A DNA stretch of 63,975 nucleotides, counting the filler, from Candidatus Sysuiplasma jiujiangense (GTDB lineage Archaea; Thermoplasmatota; Thermoplasmata; Sysuiplasmatales; Sysuiplasmataceae): NCBI GenBank assembly GCA_019721075.1. It is 6 parts of 6 records of this genome, joined end to end, with 100 filler letters (N's around TTAATTAATTAA, not from the genome) between each part and the next. Parts side by side here need not be neighbours in the genome. Positions count along the whole stretch, not along the records: positions 1 to 15,649 come from JAHEAD010000027.1; positions 15,750 to 29,979 come from JAHEAD010000028.1; 4 more parts are not named here. One strand, given 5' to 3'. Positions within the stretch are counted from its first letter, which is position 1, and each line of letters opens with the position of its first letter. Positions 9,865-20,319 of the stretch are shown one piece after another. Below the pieces are notes generated by a model. The model worked only from the letters and a program-made list of their open reading frames with translations, had not been told where the DNA came from and did not search any database. Position numbers and translations under genes: made by a program.

Positions 9865-10131
9865 ATGATCCCCCTCTTGGAACCCTGCCCCTGCCCATAC
9901 TGCAATAAGCCATACAAAAGCCCGAAAGCATGCGATGCACATAAAGGCAAATGCAACATGAAGCCTCCTGCTAAGGGCAGTACCGGAGTCCTTGAATTTG
10001 ATGTCTTAAGGGCATTGAGAATAAGACGGACAGAATTGCTGGAAGAACTCAATGCAATAGACAGGAGAATAAGCGAAGCACAGGAAAAAGCTCTGCAAAT
10101 GGCTAAAGAACTTATAGGAGGTATGAAATGA
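9865..10131 (+). CDS. Zinc-finger plus coiled-coil protein
   Basis: CPYCNKPYKSPKACDAH..C followed by a heptad-rich helix; GGAGG SD. Confidence 0.6.
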   Translation: MIPLLEPCPCPYCNKPYKSPKACDAHKGKCNMKPPAKGSTGVLEFDVLRALRIRRTELLEELNAIDRRISEAQEKALQMAKELIGGMK

Positions 10132-10431
10132 ACTTAACCGATGCTTACTATTTGAGGCATTACCCCGTAATTCATCATCAGGACGGATTCAAACTTGTCC
10201 GTGAAATTTCTATCACAGAATTTTCCGATCTCTGCTTAATGGCCTCAAAATTGGGTTATCATTACACTGGTGCGGGAATATTCCGGAGGATGAAATGATA
10301 GTAATCGATTTCCGATTAGACCATGAAGCCCCTAAAACCCATATCGAAGAATGGAAGCATAAGCACCATTACCGCTATAATATCGTTAAACGTGAACTCA
10401 TAAAAGAGGAAATCAAGGTAAGGGAGATGGT

Positions 10432-10908
10432 GTGGTGAAAGAACTGAAAAAGAAGCCTTTAACAGGCAAAGACAGGGAAAAATACATACACGGATTGAGG
10501 GAGAGCGAAGGAAGAGTTACATGGACGAATCATAAAGTCCGGTTCGGAGCGCAGGATATTCTAGGGTGCATCGACACAATATCGTATTCCCCGTTTGATA
10601 TCTATCTGGACCAGACTTCGACCGTGAATCACATGTCGCATAAGAGGGCGGAGATTGTAAGGATGCTCAAAGACGCACCGGAAACAATCAATGTCGTAGT
10701 GATGGTTCACGGTGTGGATGGGTACAGGCTTGGCAATGAGAAAGTCATAACCCGTTATGTCAGGGAGACATGGCTTGAAGATGGAAGTTGGGAACGTGAA
10801 CAGATATACCCGCCTGAATCGATCAGAAGCCCAGGAAGGCAATTGAAACCCAAAGAAGGTGTAATCACACCCAAAATGATAAAACCCACAAAACCCCGGA
10901 GGCGGTAG
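10432..10908 (+). CDS. Hypothetical protein, possible PD-(D/E)XK Holliday-junction resolvase-like
   Basis: QDILGCIDTI...LDQ pattern resembles the DLFG..D...Q viral resolvase-like proteins. Confidence 0.4.
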   Translation: MVKELKKKPLTGKDREKYIHGLRESEGRVTWTNHKVRFGAQDILGCIDTISYSPFDIYLDQTSTVNHMSHKRAEIVRMLKDAPETINVVVMVHGVDGYRLGNEKVITRYVRETWLEDGSWEREQIYPPESIRSPGRQLKPKEGVITPKMIKPTKPRRR

Positions 10909-11121
10909 ATGATTTTCAAATATCCTAAAATCCGCAGAAGAACCTACTGGCTTATAGCCCTGGGAATCCTGCTACTGAATATTGAAAATACACCCAGCAC
11001 TTTCTTTAACCCCATTCCATCATTCAGCGTCATGGGCTTCCTTGTGGATTTGCTCCTTGCGGAAATCGGCTATATCGGCCTGAAATTCCTGATTGTAAAT
11101 TTTACGGAGAGTGGGAAATGA
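10909..11121 (+). CDS. Small two-TM membrane protein
   Basis: 70 aa with two hydrophobic segments. Confidence 0.55.
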   Translation: MIFKYPKIRRRTYWLIALGILLLNIENTPSTFFNPIPSFSVMGFLVDLLLAEIGYIGLKFLIVNFTESGK

Positions 11122-11206
11122 TTCCAGAACCCCATAACCCCGTCTGGGTCACGTACAGAGGGCAGAAAGTATGCAGGATATGCTGGGTAGTGGAAAAGGA
11201 GGCGTC

Positions 11207-11530
11207 ATGATGGACGGCGAATTCATACGGGCATTCAACCGATCAGAATTGCGGAAAAAGGTTTACATCGCCTTGTACAATATGCATCCCGACAAATTCT
11301 ACCTGTCGGAGATAGCCCGCATGGTGTACTCAGATCCCGGCAACATCAGAGGAGTCCTTACGGGGCTGGAACCGGGATATTCGACAGAACTGTCGCTTGT
11401 TGGCCTTGGACTGGTGGAAATATTGCGGGTAAAGAATTCCGTATATTACCGCATCCACACGCAGCATAAGCCATTCTGCGATGAAGTCTATCATGTGCTT
11501 ACGTCAAAAAGGATAGTGGAGATCGCATGA
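11207..11530 (+). CDS. earA: EarA-family winged-helix transcriptional activator (archaellum regulator homologue), virus-encoded
   Basis: IRAFNRSELRKKVYIALYNMHP..YLSEIARMVYSDPGNIRGVL.G...Y..ELSLVGLGLVE matches the EarA family signature as I recall it; GGAGG SD before ATG 11207. Confidence 0.8.
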   Translation: MMDGEFIRAFNRSELRKKVYIALYNMHPDKFYLSEIARMVYSDPGNIRGVLTGLEPGYSTELSLVGLGLVEILRVKNSVYYRIHTQHKPFCDEVYHVLTSKRIVEIA

Positions 11531-11641
11531 CTTTTCTGTTCAGAATCCTCATGGTCTCCCTCGTCTTAGGGATTATCGTCTTTTATGTCCTGATGAGCCC
11601 GCACAATTCGGGGATGAAGGGGAACCATGAAGCATAAAATG

Positions 11642-11820
11642 AATGTATACATTCCAACGTATACACATTTACCCTTTAATGTATACATATATAGCTTTCA
11701 ATGTATACAAAAACCGTTCTAAATGTATACATAAAATCTTCTAATGTATACAAAATTATGTATACATAATTTTATCATTGTATACATTAACAAAATTTTT
11801 ATACTATTTATGTATACATT
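11642..11820 (+). promoter_or_regulatory. Phased palindrome array (consensus AATGTATACAT) plus TATA box upstream of the putative structural operon
   Basis: GTATAC cores at 11645, 11659, 11681, 11703, 11725, 11746, 11760, 11780, 11812; TTTTTATA at about 11796-11803, some 25 nt before ATG 11825. Confidence 0.8.
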
Positions 11821-11824
11821 GATA

Positions 11825-12181
11825 ATGGGAAGAGTTGAAACTCCCGACTGCCCTGTTTGTAAAAAGAAGGCAAAACGCTTTTACACAAGGCTCGGCAATG
11901 GGTTCAAACCCGTAGGGTTTTACTGTGAAGATTGCAATTCAATAGTTTTTGAACTCCCGGTATCGGACAATAAAATAACAGAGATAAGCATGAAAGTGGT
12001 TGATTTTCTCATGAAAAACGGATTCACTGACAAATTTAAAATGTACCCTATCAACGATATTAATTTGAAAATTCCCGGTTACACCATCAGAGAATGGAGA
12101 GCGGCCTTTAACCATATGATAAAGGTTTCAACCGTTGTACGTGTTGGTGAAGACACGTACCTGGGCGGAGGAAAATATTAA
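11825..12181 (+). CDS. Zinc-ribbon protein with possible C-terminal winged helix
   Basis: CPVC...GFYCEDC; start reassigned to ATG 11825 (probably leaderless). Confidence 0.7.
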   Translation: MGRVETPDCPVCKKKAKRFYTRLGNGFKPVGFYCEDCNSIVFELPVSDNKITEISMKVVDFLMKNGFTDKFKMYPINDINLKIPGYTIREWRAAFNHMIKVSTVVRVGEDTYLGGGKY

Positions 12182-12230
12182 AATGCCTTCACTCGCATAT
12201 AAGGCAATAATTAAATTGGAAGTGGCATAA

Positions 12231-12554
12231 ATGGAAACGAAACAGAAGTTTGAAAGGTTCATGTTTTTAATGGGCATATCATTAGTCCTTGAACTTGTGG
12301 GCATCTTTTTTGACTGGCTTTTATTCTCGCACGGTGTGGGATTGCCGATAGGAAATACAACGGTAATAAGCATAGCTCTCCCTTTTGAAGTGTCAGGGAT
12401 TGTATTGCTGGCTTATGCTATGTGGAATTATTCGCACAATGCAACATCTGTTATAATAGCTGTTTTTTCAATCGTGTTTATCTTGTTCCTTGAAACGGTT
12501 GAACCGTTTATCGGTCAGGGCATCATGGCCTCATTGTTTGGAGCCGTACTATGA
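12231..12554 (+). CDS. Small multi-TM membrane protein, candidate virion matrix protein
   Basis: 107 aa with three or more TM segments; ATGA overlap with the spike gene. Confidence 0.6.
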   Translation: METKQKFERFMFLMGISLVLELVGIFFDWLLFSHGVGLPIGNTTVISIALPFEVSGIVLLAYAMWNYSHNATSVIIAVFSIVFILFLETVEPFIGQGIMASLFGAVL

Positions 12555-15500
12555 AAAAACTATATGCAATATTTTTAACCATCTTAATGACCGTAACGAT
12601 ACTTGCAGGTGTTAATTTTTCCATAGGTACCACTTCAGCATCGGCACCACCCACACCGATCACGAATCAGGTTTTTTTAAATACTTCACTGGCAGGCTAT
12701 ACAAATGCGGGAACTACGAACTCGCCGAGTACAACTCTCACAGCAGTGGAGAATAGCACCGGCAATTCTTACTCCCTGAATTTCGGGATAGGGACTGCTG
12801 AAAGCGGGACATACAATTTCGGGAATATTTATTATTGGGCAGGTACAGGCGTAGCTGTAGCTATACAGGCTACTGCAGCAAGCGTCACAGATATAAGTTA
12901 TTCATCACCTGATTATACAGTAGATTGGTACTATGGTGGACAGACAATTAGTCTTACATTGACTATAGGTTCTTACAGTAATACACAATCATATAATGGT
13001 GGAAGTTCAGATTCAGGAACTATTACATCTACTAATCCGAAGCCATCTTATCCAGTTTACTATGACCAAGTTCACACATCATTTGCTACACCATCTCTTT
13101 CTACAGGACTTTACGCAGCTTCTCTTAAAGTAGTTGTTTCTACATCTGTACCAAGTGGTTATTCTGCAACATACCAAGGAGGTACTGCTATGACCGCACC
13201 TTCAAGTTCTTCACTTGCTTATTTAACATCTACATCAGCTTCGCAAGGAACAGAAAATTATTTTGTTGGATGGAATTATGGTGGCGTAAGCAGTTCCGTC
13301 TCATGGACAAATCCGACAGGAACTGTAGCAATAGATGCAGTAGCGGGAACAAATACATCCAGCACAACAAGTGGTTTTTATACCGGTTCCCTGCCAACAT
13401 CCTCAACATTATCGGCAGTGGGTGATCCCTCAAGCCCATCCTTTTCTGCACAACTATTTATTGAGAATACAGTTGAATCCGCGTCCACCACCATCAGCAA
13501 CACCACAGGCATAACCCAGACTATTACACAGACTAACAATGAATGGTCTAGTACGTTTGCAGCTTCTTTTACGCCTCCATCATCATGGGAAAATGGTAAT
13601 AGCTTAGATGGAAAAATATGGGATACGACCCTTTCCAGTTATACGGTTCAGCATGTCTTGAGTGCAGGCCAGCAGGCAAGCACCAAGCCTAACTATGATG
13701 TATTATACTACTCGGGAACGGATATTTCAGGCACGCAGAACTTTAATCCGCCAACTCTGTACAACTCATGGAGTGAAAGCCCTGGAACTACACAGAACAG
13801 CGCATTCTCACTGAGTTTTACCACAAACGAGCTCATAAACTATGTTCCCAACCCCATAACTGCAATATCAGCATCCTTTATATCCGGTGCAACTGCTGAC
13901 CTTAAGTTCACCACATCGGAAACCATTGCCAATGAAGGCGAATCCGTGGTTGTCCACTGGGGAGACGGAACGCAGAATACTTATTCCATGTTGCCGGGCC
14001 CTCAATCTGTAACCCATGCATATCCAACGTTGGGAAAATTCCCGATCACCATTGACCTGACTAACGTTCCCAGTCCTTCAAGTTTTGACAGCAATACAGT
14101 AACTGCTTATTCCGTCTCCACATCCACCACATATACTGTATCAGCATCCCCTTCATTTCATCCTCTTTACGGGCAATCGGTCAAGAAGGGCCAGAATATC
14201 TATTTCAACTGGACATCCTCAAACTGGCAGCCGTCCTCTGTCTCGCTGATTGCAAACGGCGTAGGTCAGCAGATATTTTCATCGTTTGCAGCATCAGGAT
14301 TGTCAGGATCAGCTTCATGGGTCAACCAGTTCAATTCTCCCTTATCGCTGATATGGTCGCTCACTGGCTCAGGCATAACGCAGTCATATACGGTGCAATA
14401 CTCAAGCAACTTAGTACCCTTTGTCAATTCCTCGTACGTGAATGTAGCCTATGCGACCAACACGACACATAGCTACCCCATCACCCTCACCGGAACACCC
14501 GCAGGAACAGGATACTACCAGCAACTTATCACCATAACGAATTATGCACAGTACGGCATCAACTCGCAGGGCAGTAATTTCCTCATATCCGCAAGCAACG
14601 GTTCAAATTATTACACGTGGATTCAATCCATAAACACGACAGCGATCACGTTCTGGAGTAAACTGCCCTATGGCGTTTCTTCCGTTCAATTGAATGTTTA
14701 TCCGGAATTTGAGAATCTGTTTAGTGCGACTGGGTATCTCAATGATGTGACGGGGCAAAATATATTTCCTCACTGGCAGTCATTTGCAGGATTATCGTCT
14801 CTTCCATCGGGATGGATACAGACTGGGGGAACCATAACATTCGGGGCAAACAATATCAGTTTTTCATCGTCTGATGCAAACGCATTCCTGACGAGCCCCT
14901 GGGCATCCGCAAATAACTTCGCTTACGGTTCCAAAGACTTGATTACAGGCACAGGAAATCCAGGAACTGGTTCTAACAATTTCCTATCTTGGATTTCCAC
15001 ATCTCAGACGACTTACGTAAACTTCTATGGTGTATTGTTGGATGCAAATGATTTCAATTTCTATTATTATCAGAATGCAACGGGTCCAACAGAATCGCCA
15101 TTAATTGGGCAAACAGGTTCATGGTATGATTCACTGATTGAATATTCTGGTAGCAGTGCATCGCTGATAGAAAATGGGCAAAATGTCATAACAGGGTTAC
15201 CAATATCAAACACTATACCGGATCAATATCCAGGATTTCTGGTAAATAATGGAACTCTATCCATTCAATATGCCTTTACAGCTCTTATTGGCACGTCTGG
15301 AATGCCCACCATTTCTTCAATCGGCACAGGAAACGTTTTTCAGGCGAATGCCACGACGACCTCAGCGTTCACGGGAACTTCTGCGGGCAACTATAATTCC
15401 ACATACGAAAACATGATCTACAATATACCCATAGCCCCGAATATAGATTATGTTTCGATACTGTATAACAGCACATGGACAGTTTCAAATATCTATCCTT

Positions 15501-15649
15501 CAACCTATCTGCCACTGATCAATAATTCTGATTTCGTGACACTCGAAGATGTTTTAGGATTTTCATCGGTGCAGATTGAACTTATAGAACCCAATCCCTT
15601 CATAGGGCAGTTAGAACCCGTATCACTGTCATTCAATCCTTCAGGCGTG
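12551..15649 (+). CDS. Giant secreted spike/adhesin (signal peptide, PKD-like, DUF2341-like and lectin-like regions), 3'-truncated by the contig end
   Basis: N-terminal signal peptide; S/T/N/Y-rich with many N-x-S/T sequons; WGDG..HAY PKD motif; YYQQLITI...YTWIQS...FWSK DUF2341-like motif. Confidence 0.8.
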
Positions 15650-15749
15650 NNNNNNNNNNNNNNNNNNNNNNNNNNNNNNNNNNNNNNNNNNNNTTAATTA
15701 ATTAANNNNNNNNNNNNNNNNNNNNNNNNNNNNNNNNNNNNNNNNNNNN
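15650..15749. other. Artificial contig spacer (also 29980-30079, 43490-43589, 53287-53386, 61046-61145)
   Basis: N-run, TTAATTAATTAA (stops in all six frames), N-run; identical each time. Confidence 0.99.
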
Positions 15750-15774
15750 ATACAGTCACACCGATTAAGAACAT

Positions 15775-16137
15775 GTGGCAATAACGGAGTCCGTTAAGGC
15801 ATCTCTCGTCAGCAGACTGAACGGTCTCGCATCGCAGCGTAAGAATGTGAGACGCATAGATATGAGGTTCAGGGGAAACAGCGCATATGTCGATGCATAT
15901 GTGATCGACACATGGTACCCCGAGGGGGCAACTGATGAACAGAAGGCGGCAATTGACGGCACACCCGTCCATCTCTGCAGGCTCGACCACATACGGGGCA
16001 ACCGGTGGCGCTTCGCCTTCTACAGAGCGAGCATCGACAGATATGAGCCTTCCATACTCCCCTCCGGCTCGTTCGAAGGAACGGCGGAGGAATGTTTCGA
16101 ATGTGCTGCCTCCGCCTATCTGCGGGACGTCTGGTAA
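15775..16137 (+). CDS. Hypothetical protein (DUF3024-like)
   Basis: RFRGN..YV...LCRL....W.FAFY.AS..RYE pattern. Confidence 0.55.
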   Translation: MAITESVKASLVSRLNGLASQRKNVRRIDMRFRGNSAYVDAYVIDTWYPEGATDEQKAAIDGTPVHLCRLDHIRGNRWRFAFYRASIDRYEPSILPSGSFEGTAEECFECAASAYLRDVW

Positions 16138-16740
16138 GACAGTGCTTCAAGGATTAACAAAATCATGTACTAGGAATCAACGGGAACTGATACCGATTTG
16201 TTTGGCATCTCAACAGTCTCTACTTTTGAGTTGCCGTATCCTCTGTGGCAAAGGAGGCTAGATGAACAAAAAAGAATCGCCAAATCATATATTCATGAGC
16301 TCAAGACTCTTCCTCTGGATTCATTAGCTGCGGAGGAGTCGGTTGATACCATGTGGTTACTGCTCAGAACAGGCAGACCCGTCAATGTGCTTATTGCCCT
16401 TAATGCGGATACAGCTGTGGCCAATGGAGGTGAATAGCTCGTGTCAGGAGATTGCGACTCCAGAACCATAGCCACTGTTACGGATCCGAATATTGAAATG
16501 GCCAAAAGAACAGAAAACAAGGAACGTGCATTTATCTGATGTTTCGCGCAGCTAAGAACGGATGAGAAGAAACTGACACGCCTGAACACCACTAGAGATG
16601 GTTTAAAGGCACTTTCGGCTTCTATCCCAATGCATGCCGCGCAGTGGCAGGGAACAGTCGGAGTTGATTAAGCTCTTGTCTATTACCTATCATGAAAATT
16701 CGTGAGGATGCCAATGGGTGGGCGGACACGTTTGCGTGTC

Positions 16741-17481
16741 TCACTTGGCTGAGTGCACGAGTTTTGCTATTTTTCCGACAACCCTTTGCGTGTCTTCGCC
16801 CCACCCCCACAGGTTTCTACCCATGGCAATTCCTGCGGCCCCCTCCTTCAATGCTTCCTCCACGTAGCGAACTGCATCCGAAGGATCGTCCATTTTTGGT
16901 CCACCAGCGATAATGACAGGTCTTGTTATTCTTGAGATTTGTTTGTTCATGCCTCTGTAGAAGAACGTCTTTATCACATCCGAACCGATTTCCTGACCCA
17001 AACGGATACAGTGAGAAATGATTTCAGGATCCTTCTTCTCTTCGTCCGGATAGATATGGCTTATCAACGGAATATCAAATCTCCTGCAATCTCCAATGAC
17101 CCTACCAAGTTCGCCAAGTCTTTCATGCTCATGCCTTCCGCCAAGATATAATTCATAGGAGACGGCAGCAGGATCATACGAAAGTGCTTCCTCAACACTC
17201 GACAGCATGACGAGGTTGTATGGGTCGTCTGAATATTTTGTTATTCCGTTCAACTTGAAAATTAACTCGAATTTATTCAAAAGGTTTTTACTGCAATCCT
17301 CAACGATCCCTCTGTTGAGTATCACTGCGTCGACTTGTCCGGCAGAGAACTTAAGAAGGTCCTCAATAGTGTTGTCGCCAAATACTTCACCGTATGGTAT
17401 GCCGTGGTCCATTGCCATGACCAGCAGTTTCCCTCGTCGCCCGAAGAGCCTTTTCATTCTGTGTTCCTTTCCGTAGGACAT
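16741..17481 (-). CDS. Class I aldolase, DhnA/LsrF family
   Basis: AMDHG, GSDVIKT (Schiff-base Lys), IAGGPK, GIAMGRN. Confidence 0.9.
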   Translation of the reverse strand: MSYGKEHRMKRLFGRRGKLLVMAMDHGIPYGEVFGDNTIEDLLKFSAGQVDAVILNRGIVEDCSKNLLNKFELIFKLNGITKYSDDPYNLVMLSSVEEALSYDPAAVSYELYLGGRHEHERLGELGRVIGDCRRFDIPLISHIYPDEEKKDPEIISHCIRLGQEIGSDVIKTFFYRGMNKQISRITRPVIIAGGPKMDDPSDAVRYVEEALKEGAAGIAMGRNLWGWGEDTQRVVGKIAKLVHSAK

Positions 17482-17669
17482 ATTCTCATGCCATGATTGT
17501 AAACACGATAAAAGGCTTGCCTGTCTGAAGCCGCTGAATCAGTATCGCTTTGCCAGTATGGCATTTCATTGAATCATCTATTTTCTTATAGCCAAGTATG
17601 GAGTATTAAATATTGCCATATAAACCTTTAAAATGGTTGATGCAATTCCCGTTGCCATCGGGGGACAAT

Positions 17670-19133
17670 ATGGCTGAAGAGAGATCACTTCAAAAGAACA
17701 AAGTTGGATTATGGGCGATGGCTTTCCTGACCGTGGCAGCGATTTATCCGATGGCCATGGCAGTATCGAACGCAGCCGCAGCAGTGACATTTGGCGGATT
17801 CGCCGCCCCTCTAATTCCGATTCTCGGTGCGCTGCTGATCCTGCTTGCAACAATACCTATCCTGGAATACAGCAGAATTGCTTCGTTTGCAGGCGGATAT
17901 TACGGCCTTGCTGAAATCGGGTTCGGAAAGGCTGTCGGAAAGTTTGTTGCCATGGAGAATCTGTTTTATTTCATTTCATTTGATGTTTTGACGTCCACAG
18001 CATTTGCATACGTCATCTACTCATCTCTGACATATGTAACCTCATACGTACTACCGGTCTCTCTGTTCATTTCCATTTCCATCATTTTCATGTTCGCGAT
18101 GTTCCTGGTGACAGTTCTTGATCTTTCCATCTCAGCGAAAGCGGTTATTTTTTCGGGCATTTTGCAGATCATTGTTCTGGTCATATATTCGCTCATTGTC
18201 ATCCTGAGGTCTCCGTACAACAGCCTCGAGGCTTTCAACCCATCGGTGGCTCCCGGTGGTCTGAGTGGACTTTTCCTTGGTGTTATACTCGCCGGTTTCC
18301 TGTTCTACACCGGCTATGGAGTACCGCTTTTCTTCGCAGAAGAAGGCAAAGCGCCTTTTAAGGATGTATGGAAGGCAATTGTTGTAGGTGTTATTATTCC
18401 GACAGTGGTTGGTGTTCTGGCAATATATTCCGAGGTCGTTGCTGTTGGCCTTTCACATGCCTCGAAGCTAAGCAGCGAACTGAGTCCGGGTCTTGCAGCT
18501 TATCTTCCCTATCTGGGCATACCAGCTGCCATATTTTTCATTCTGGTGGCATTGCTGGGACAAGGATTCGGCGGCTTTGTTCCGGGAATGACGACTGCCA
18601 GGCTCATCTATTCGATGGGGAGAGATAAGTTTTTCAAGTCAGACTGGATAACAAAGGTCTCCAGGAGGGGAATACCGGTAAATGCGGCCATTATCAACTT
18701 GATACTTGGCATAGTTGCCACTGCGCTTGATGAGGGGCTGATGATTCACTTTTACGGGCTAAGTCAGGGAGCATTCGATGCACTATTCCTTTCCGGGAGC
18801 ATGGCAGTCGCCTTCTGGTTTATACATCACATCATACCTGATATCAGCCTAGCCTTTTACCTGAGGAAAAAGGGCATCAAAATACTCAAATTGAGGAGTT
18901 TTATAACCTCCATACTTGCCCCTGCTGGGGCTGTAATCCTGTTTGTCTATTCGTTTTACGAGGGATATAGCTCCCTGACAGAACCGTACTTCGGCGGACT
19001 GTTGTTTGTACTTGTGTCGATGGTGGTGGTTGCTATCTACGTGGCGATCAAGCATGCGAGAAATACACTGGGCATGTCATATGTAGAAAGGACGATTTCA
19101 GAAGAGAAACTCAGGGCAGAATTCAAGGACTAG
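17670..19133 (+). CDS. APC-family amino acid/amine permease
   Basis: About 12 TM; AGGYY, FYTGYG...AEE.K.P.K motifs. Confidence 0.9.
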   Translation: MAEERSLQKNKVGLWAMAFLTVAAIYPMAMAVSNAAAAVTFGGFAAPLIPILGALLILLATIPILEYSRIASFAGGYYGLAEIGFGKAVGKFVAMENLFYFISFDVLTSTAFAYVIYSSLTYVTSYVLPVSLFISISIIFMFAMFLVTVLDLSISAKAVIFSGILQIIVLVIYSLIVILRSPYNSLEAFNPSVAPGGLSGLFLGVILAGFLFYTGYGVPLFFAEEGKAPFKDVWKAIVVGVIIPTVVGVLAIYSEVVAVGLSHASKLSSELSPGLAAYLPYLGIPAAIFFILVALLGQGFGGFVPGMTTARLIYSMGRDKFFKSDWITKVSRRGIPVNAAIINLILGIVATALDEGLMIHFYGLSQGAFDALFLSGSMAVAFWFIHHIIPDISLAFYLRKKGIKILKLRSFITSILAPAGAVILFVYSFYEGYSSLTEPYFGGLLFVLVSMVVVAIYVAIKHARNTLGMSYVERTISEEKLRAEFKD

Positions 19134-19188
19134 TCCTTGAATTTGATTTCCGTGATAGGATTCCCGGCGCCGCTATTCGGGGTATGCC

Positions 19189-20217
19189 ATGAAATACGCA
19201 AGATTTTACGGTATCGGCGATATCCGGATTGAAGAAGGCGCAGTTCTTGAGCCGGGAAACGGAGAAGCTATTCTGAAGGTCAGGGCAGTAGGCGTGTGCC
19301 CGACTGATGTAAAGGCCTACTATTCAGGTTCATCTTCAATCAGAGTCCCCATTGTCCTTGGGCATGAGGTTTCAGGCACCCTATTATCATCCAAAACAGA
19401 AAAACTGAATCCAGGACAGAAAGTTAACGTGGCCGCCGATTGCCCGTGTCTTGAGTGCAGCATCTGCAGGAGGGGGCTGGTGAACATGTGCCCCAATATG
19501 TTAAGCCTTGGTGTCAACGTGCCCGGTGGATATGCCGAGATGATGCGCATTCCATCCGAATTTATAGAAAGAGGGCTTGTTTACCCTTTAACTGGCAGCA
19601 CTGGTTTTGTTGAAGGTGCGTTAATTGAGCCCGTTGCTGTAAGTCTTCACTGCCTCAATCTTGCAGATTACGCCAGTATTGAAAATGCTGCAGTAATCGG
19701 TGATGGGCCCAATGCACTCATACATCTTCAGCTCCTGAAAAGAATCAAGCGTGTTAAAAACGTAACTGTTATCGGCCTTTCTGAAGAGCGTCTTAAATTT
19801 GCCACCCGGTTTGGCGCAGATCATGTAGTGAATATTTCGCAGGAGAAGAACTTTTATTCGGAAATGAAGGAAGAGCAGATTGATCTGGTGGATATCACGA
19901 TAGGAAATCCTGCAGCGGCGGCCGAATCAAGCCACCTTCTGGGCAAGGGAACCCAGATCCTGATTTTTGGCGGTTCAATGAACGATACTCAGATTCCTGT
20001 ATCGATGAATGGCGTCCACTACAAACAGCTGCGCGTGACAGGTTCAACAGGCACGGACCTGAAGAGTTACAGTAATGCCTTAGATTTGGTCAAATCCGGA
20101 AAAATTGACCTGATCCCTCTGGTCACCGCTCGCTTCAGGCTTGAAGATCTGGCATCAGCGCTTGAATACTCGAGAATCCTGAAAGGATTAAAGTGCGCCG
20201 TGGAATTTCCCAGCTGA
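19189..20217 (+). CDS. Zn-dependent MDR alcohol/polyol dehydrogenase
   Basis: GVCPTD, LGHE, CxxCxxC..C, GDGPNA. Confidence 0.92.
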   Translation: MKYARFYGIGDIRIEEGAVLEPGNGEAILKVRAVGVCPTDVKAYYSGSSSIRVPIVLGHEVSGTLLSSKTEKLNPGQKVNVAADCPCLECSICRRGLVNMCPNMLSLGVNVPGGYAEMMRIPSEFIERGLVYPLTGSTGFVEGALIEPVAVSLHCLNLADYASIENAAVIGDGPNALIHLQLLKRIKRVKNVTVIGLSEERLKFATRFGADHVVNISQEKNFYSEMKEEQIDLVDITIGNPAAAAESSHLLGKGTQILIFGGSMNDTQIPVSMNGVHYKQLRVTGSTGTDLKSYSNALDLVKSGKIDLIPLVTARFRLEDLASALEYSRILKGLKCAVEFPS

Positions 20218-20319
20218 TGATTGGACGAAATCTGGCATTACAGGCTGCGAACTGAGAACCAGGAAACGGGAGATCTTGAGATGCTTGAACGGCAGAGACA
20301 GGAAGCATAACTGGAAGAA

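Larger units (their letters stand above)
1..15649. mobile_element. Archaeal virus or provirus contig A (partial genome)
   Basis: Dense, overlapping small ORFs with zinc fingers, a serine recombinase, RHH, AAA+ helicase, DNA methyltransferases, nucleases and a giant secreted spike-like gene; no housekeeping genes. Confidence 0.85.

Noticed and set aside
11642..11820. GTATAC array as a CRISPR or mini-array
   Set aside because: Units are only about 10-12 bp with 14-32-bp periods; this fits protein-binding sites better
11744..11824. 5' extension of ORF 11744..12181
   Set aside because: It translates the palindrome array and TATA box; the real start is more plausibly ATG 11825
15650..15749. Repeated TTAATTAATTAA motif within N-runs (five times)
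   Set aside because: Artificial contig linker; adjacency across these gaps has no biological meaning
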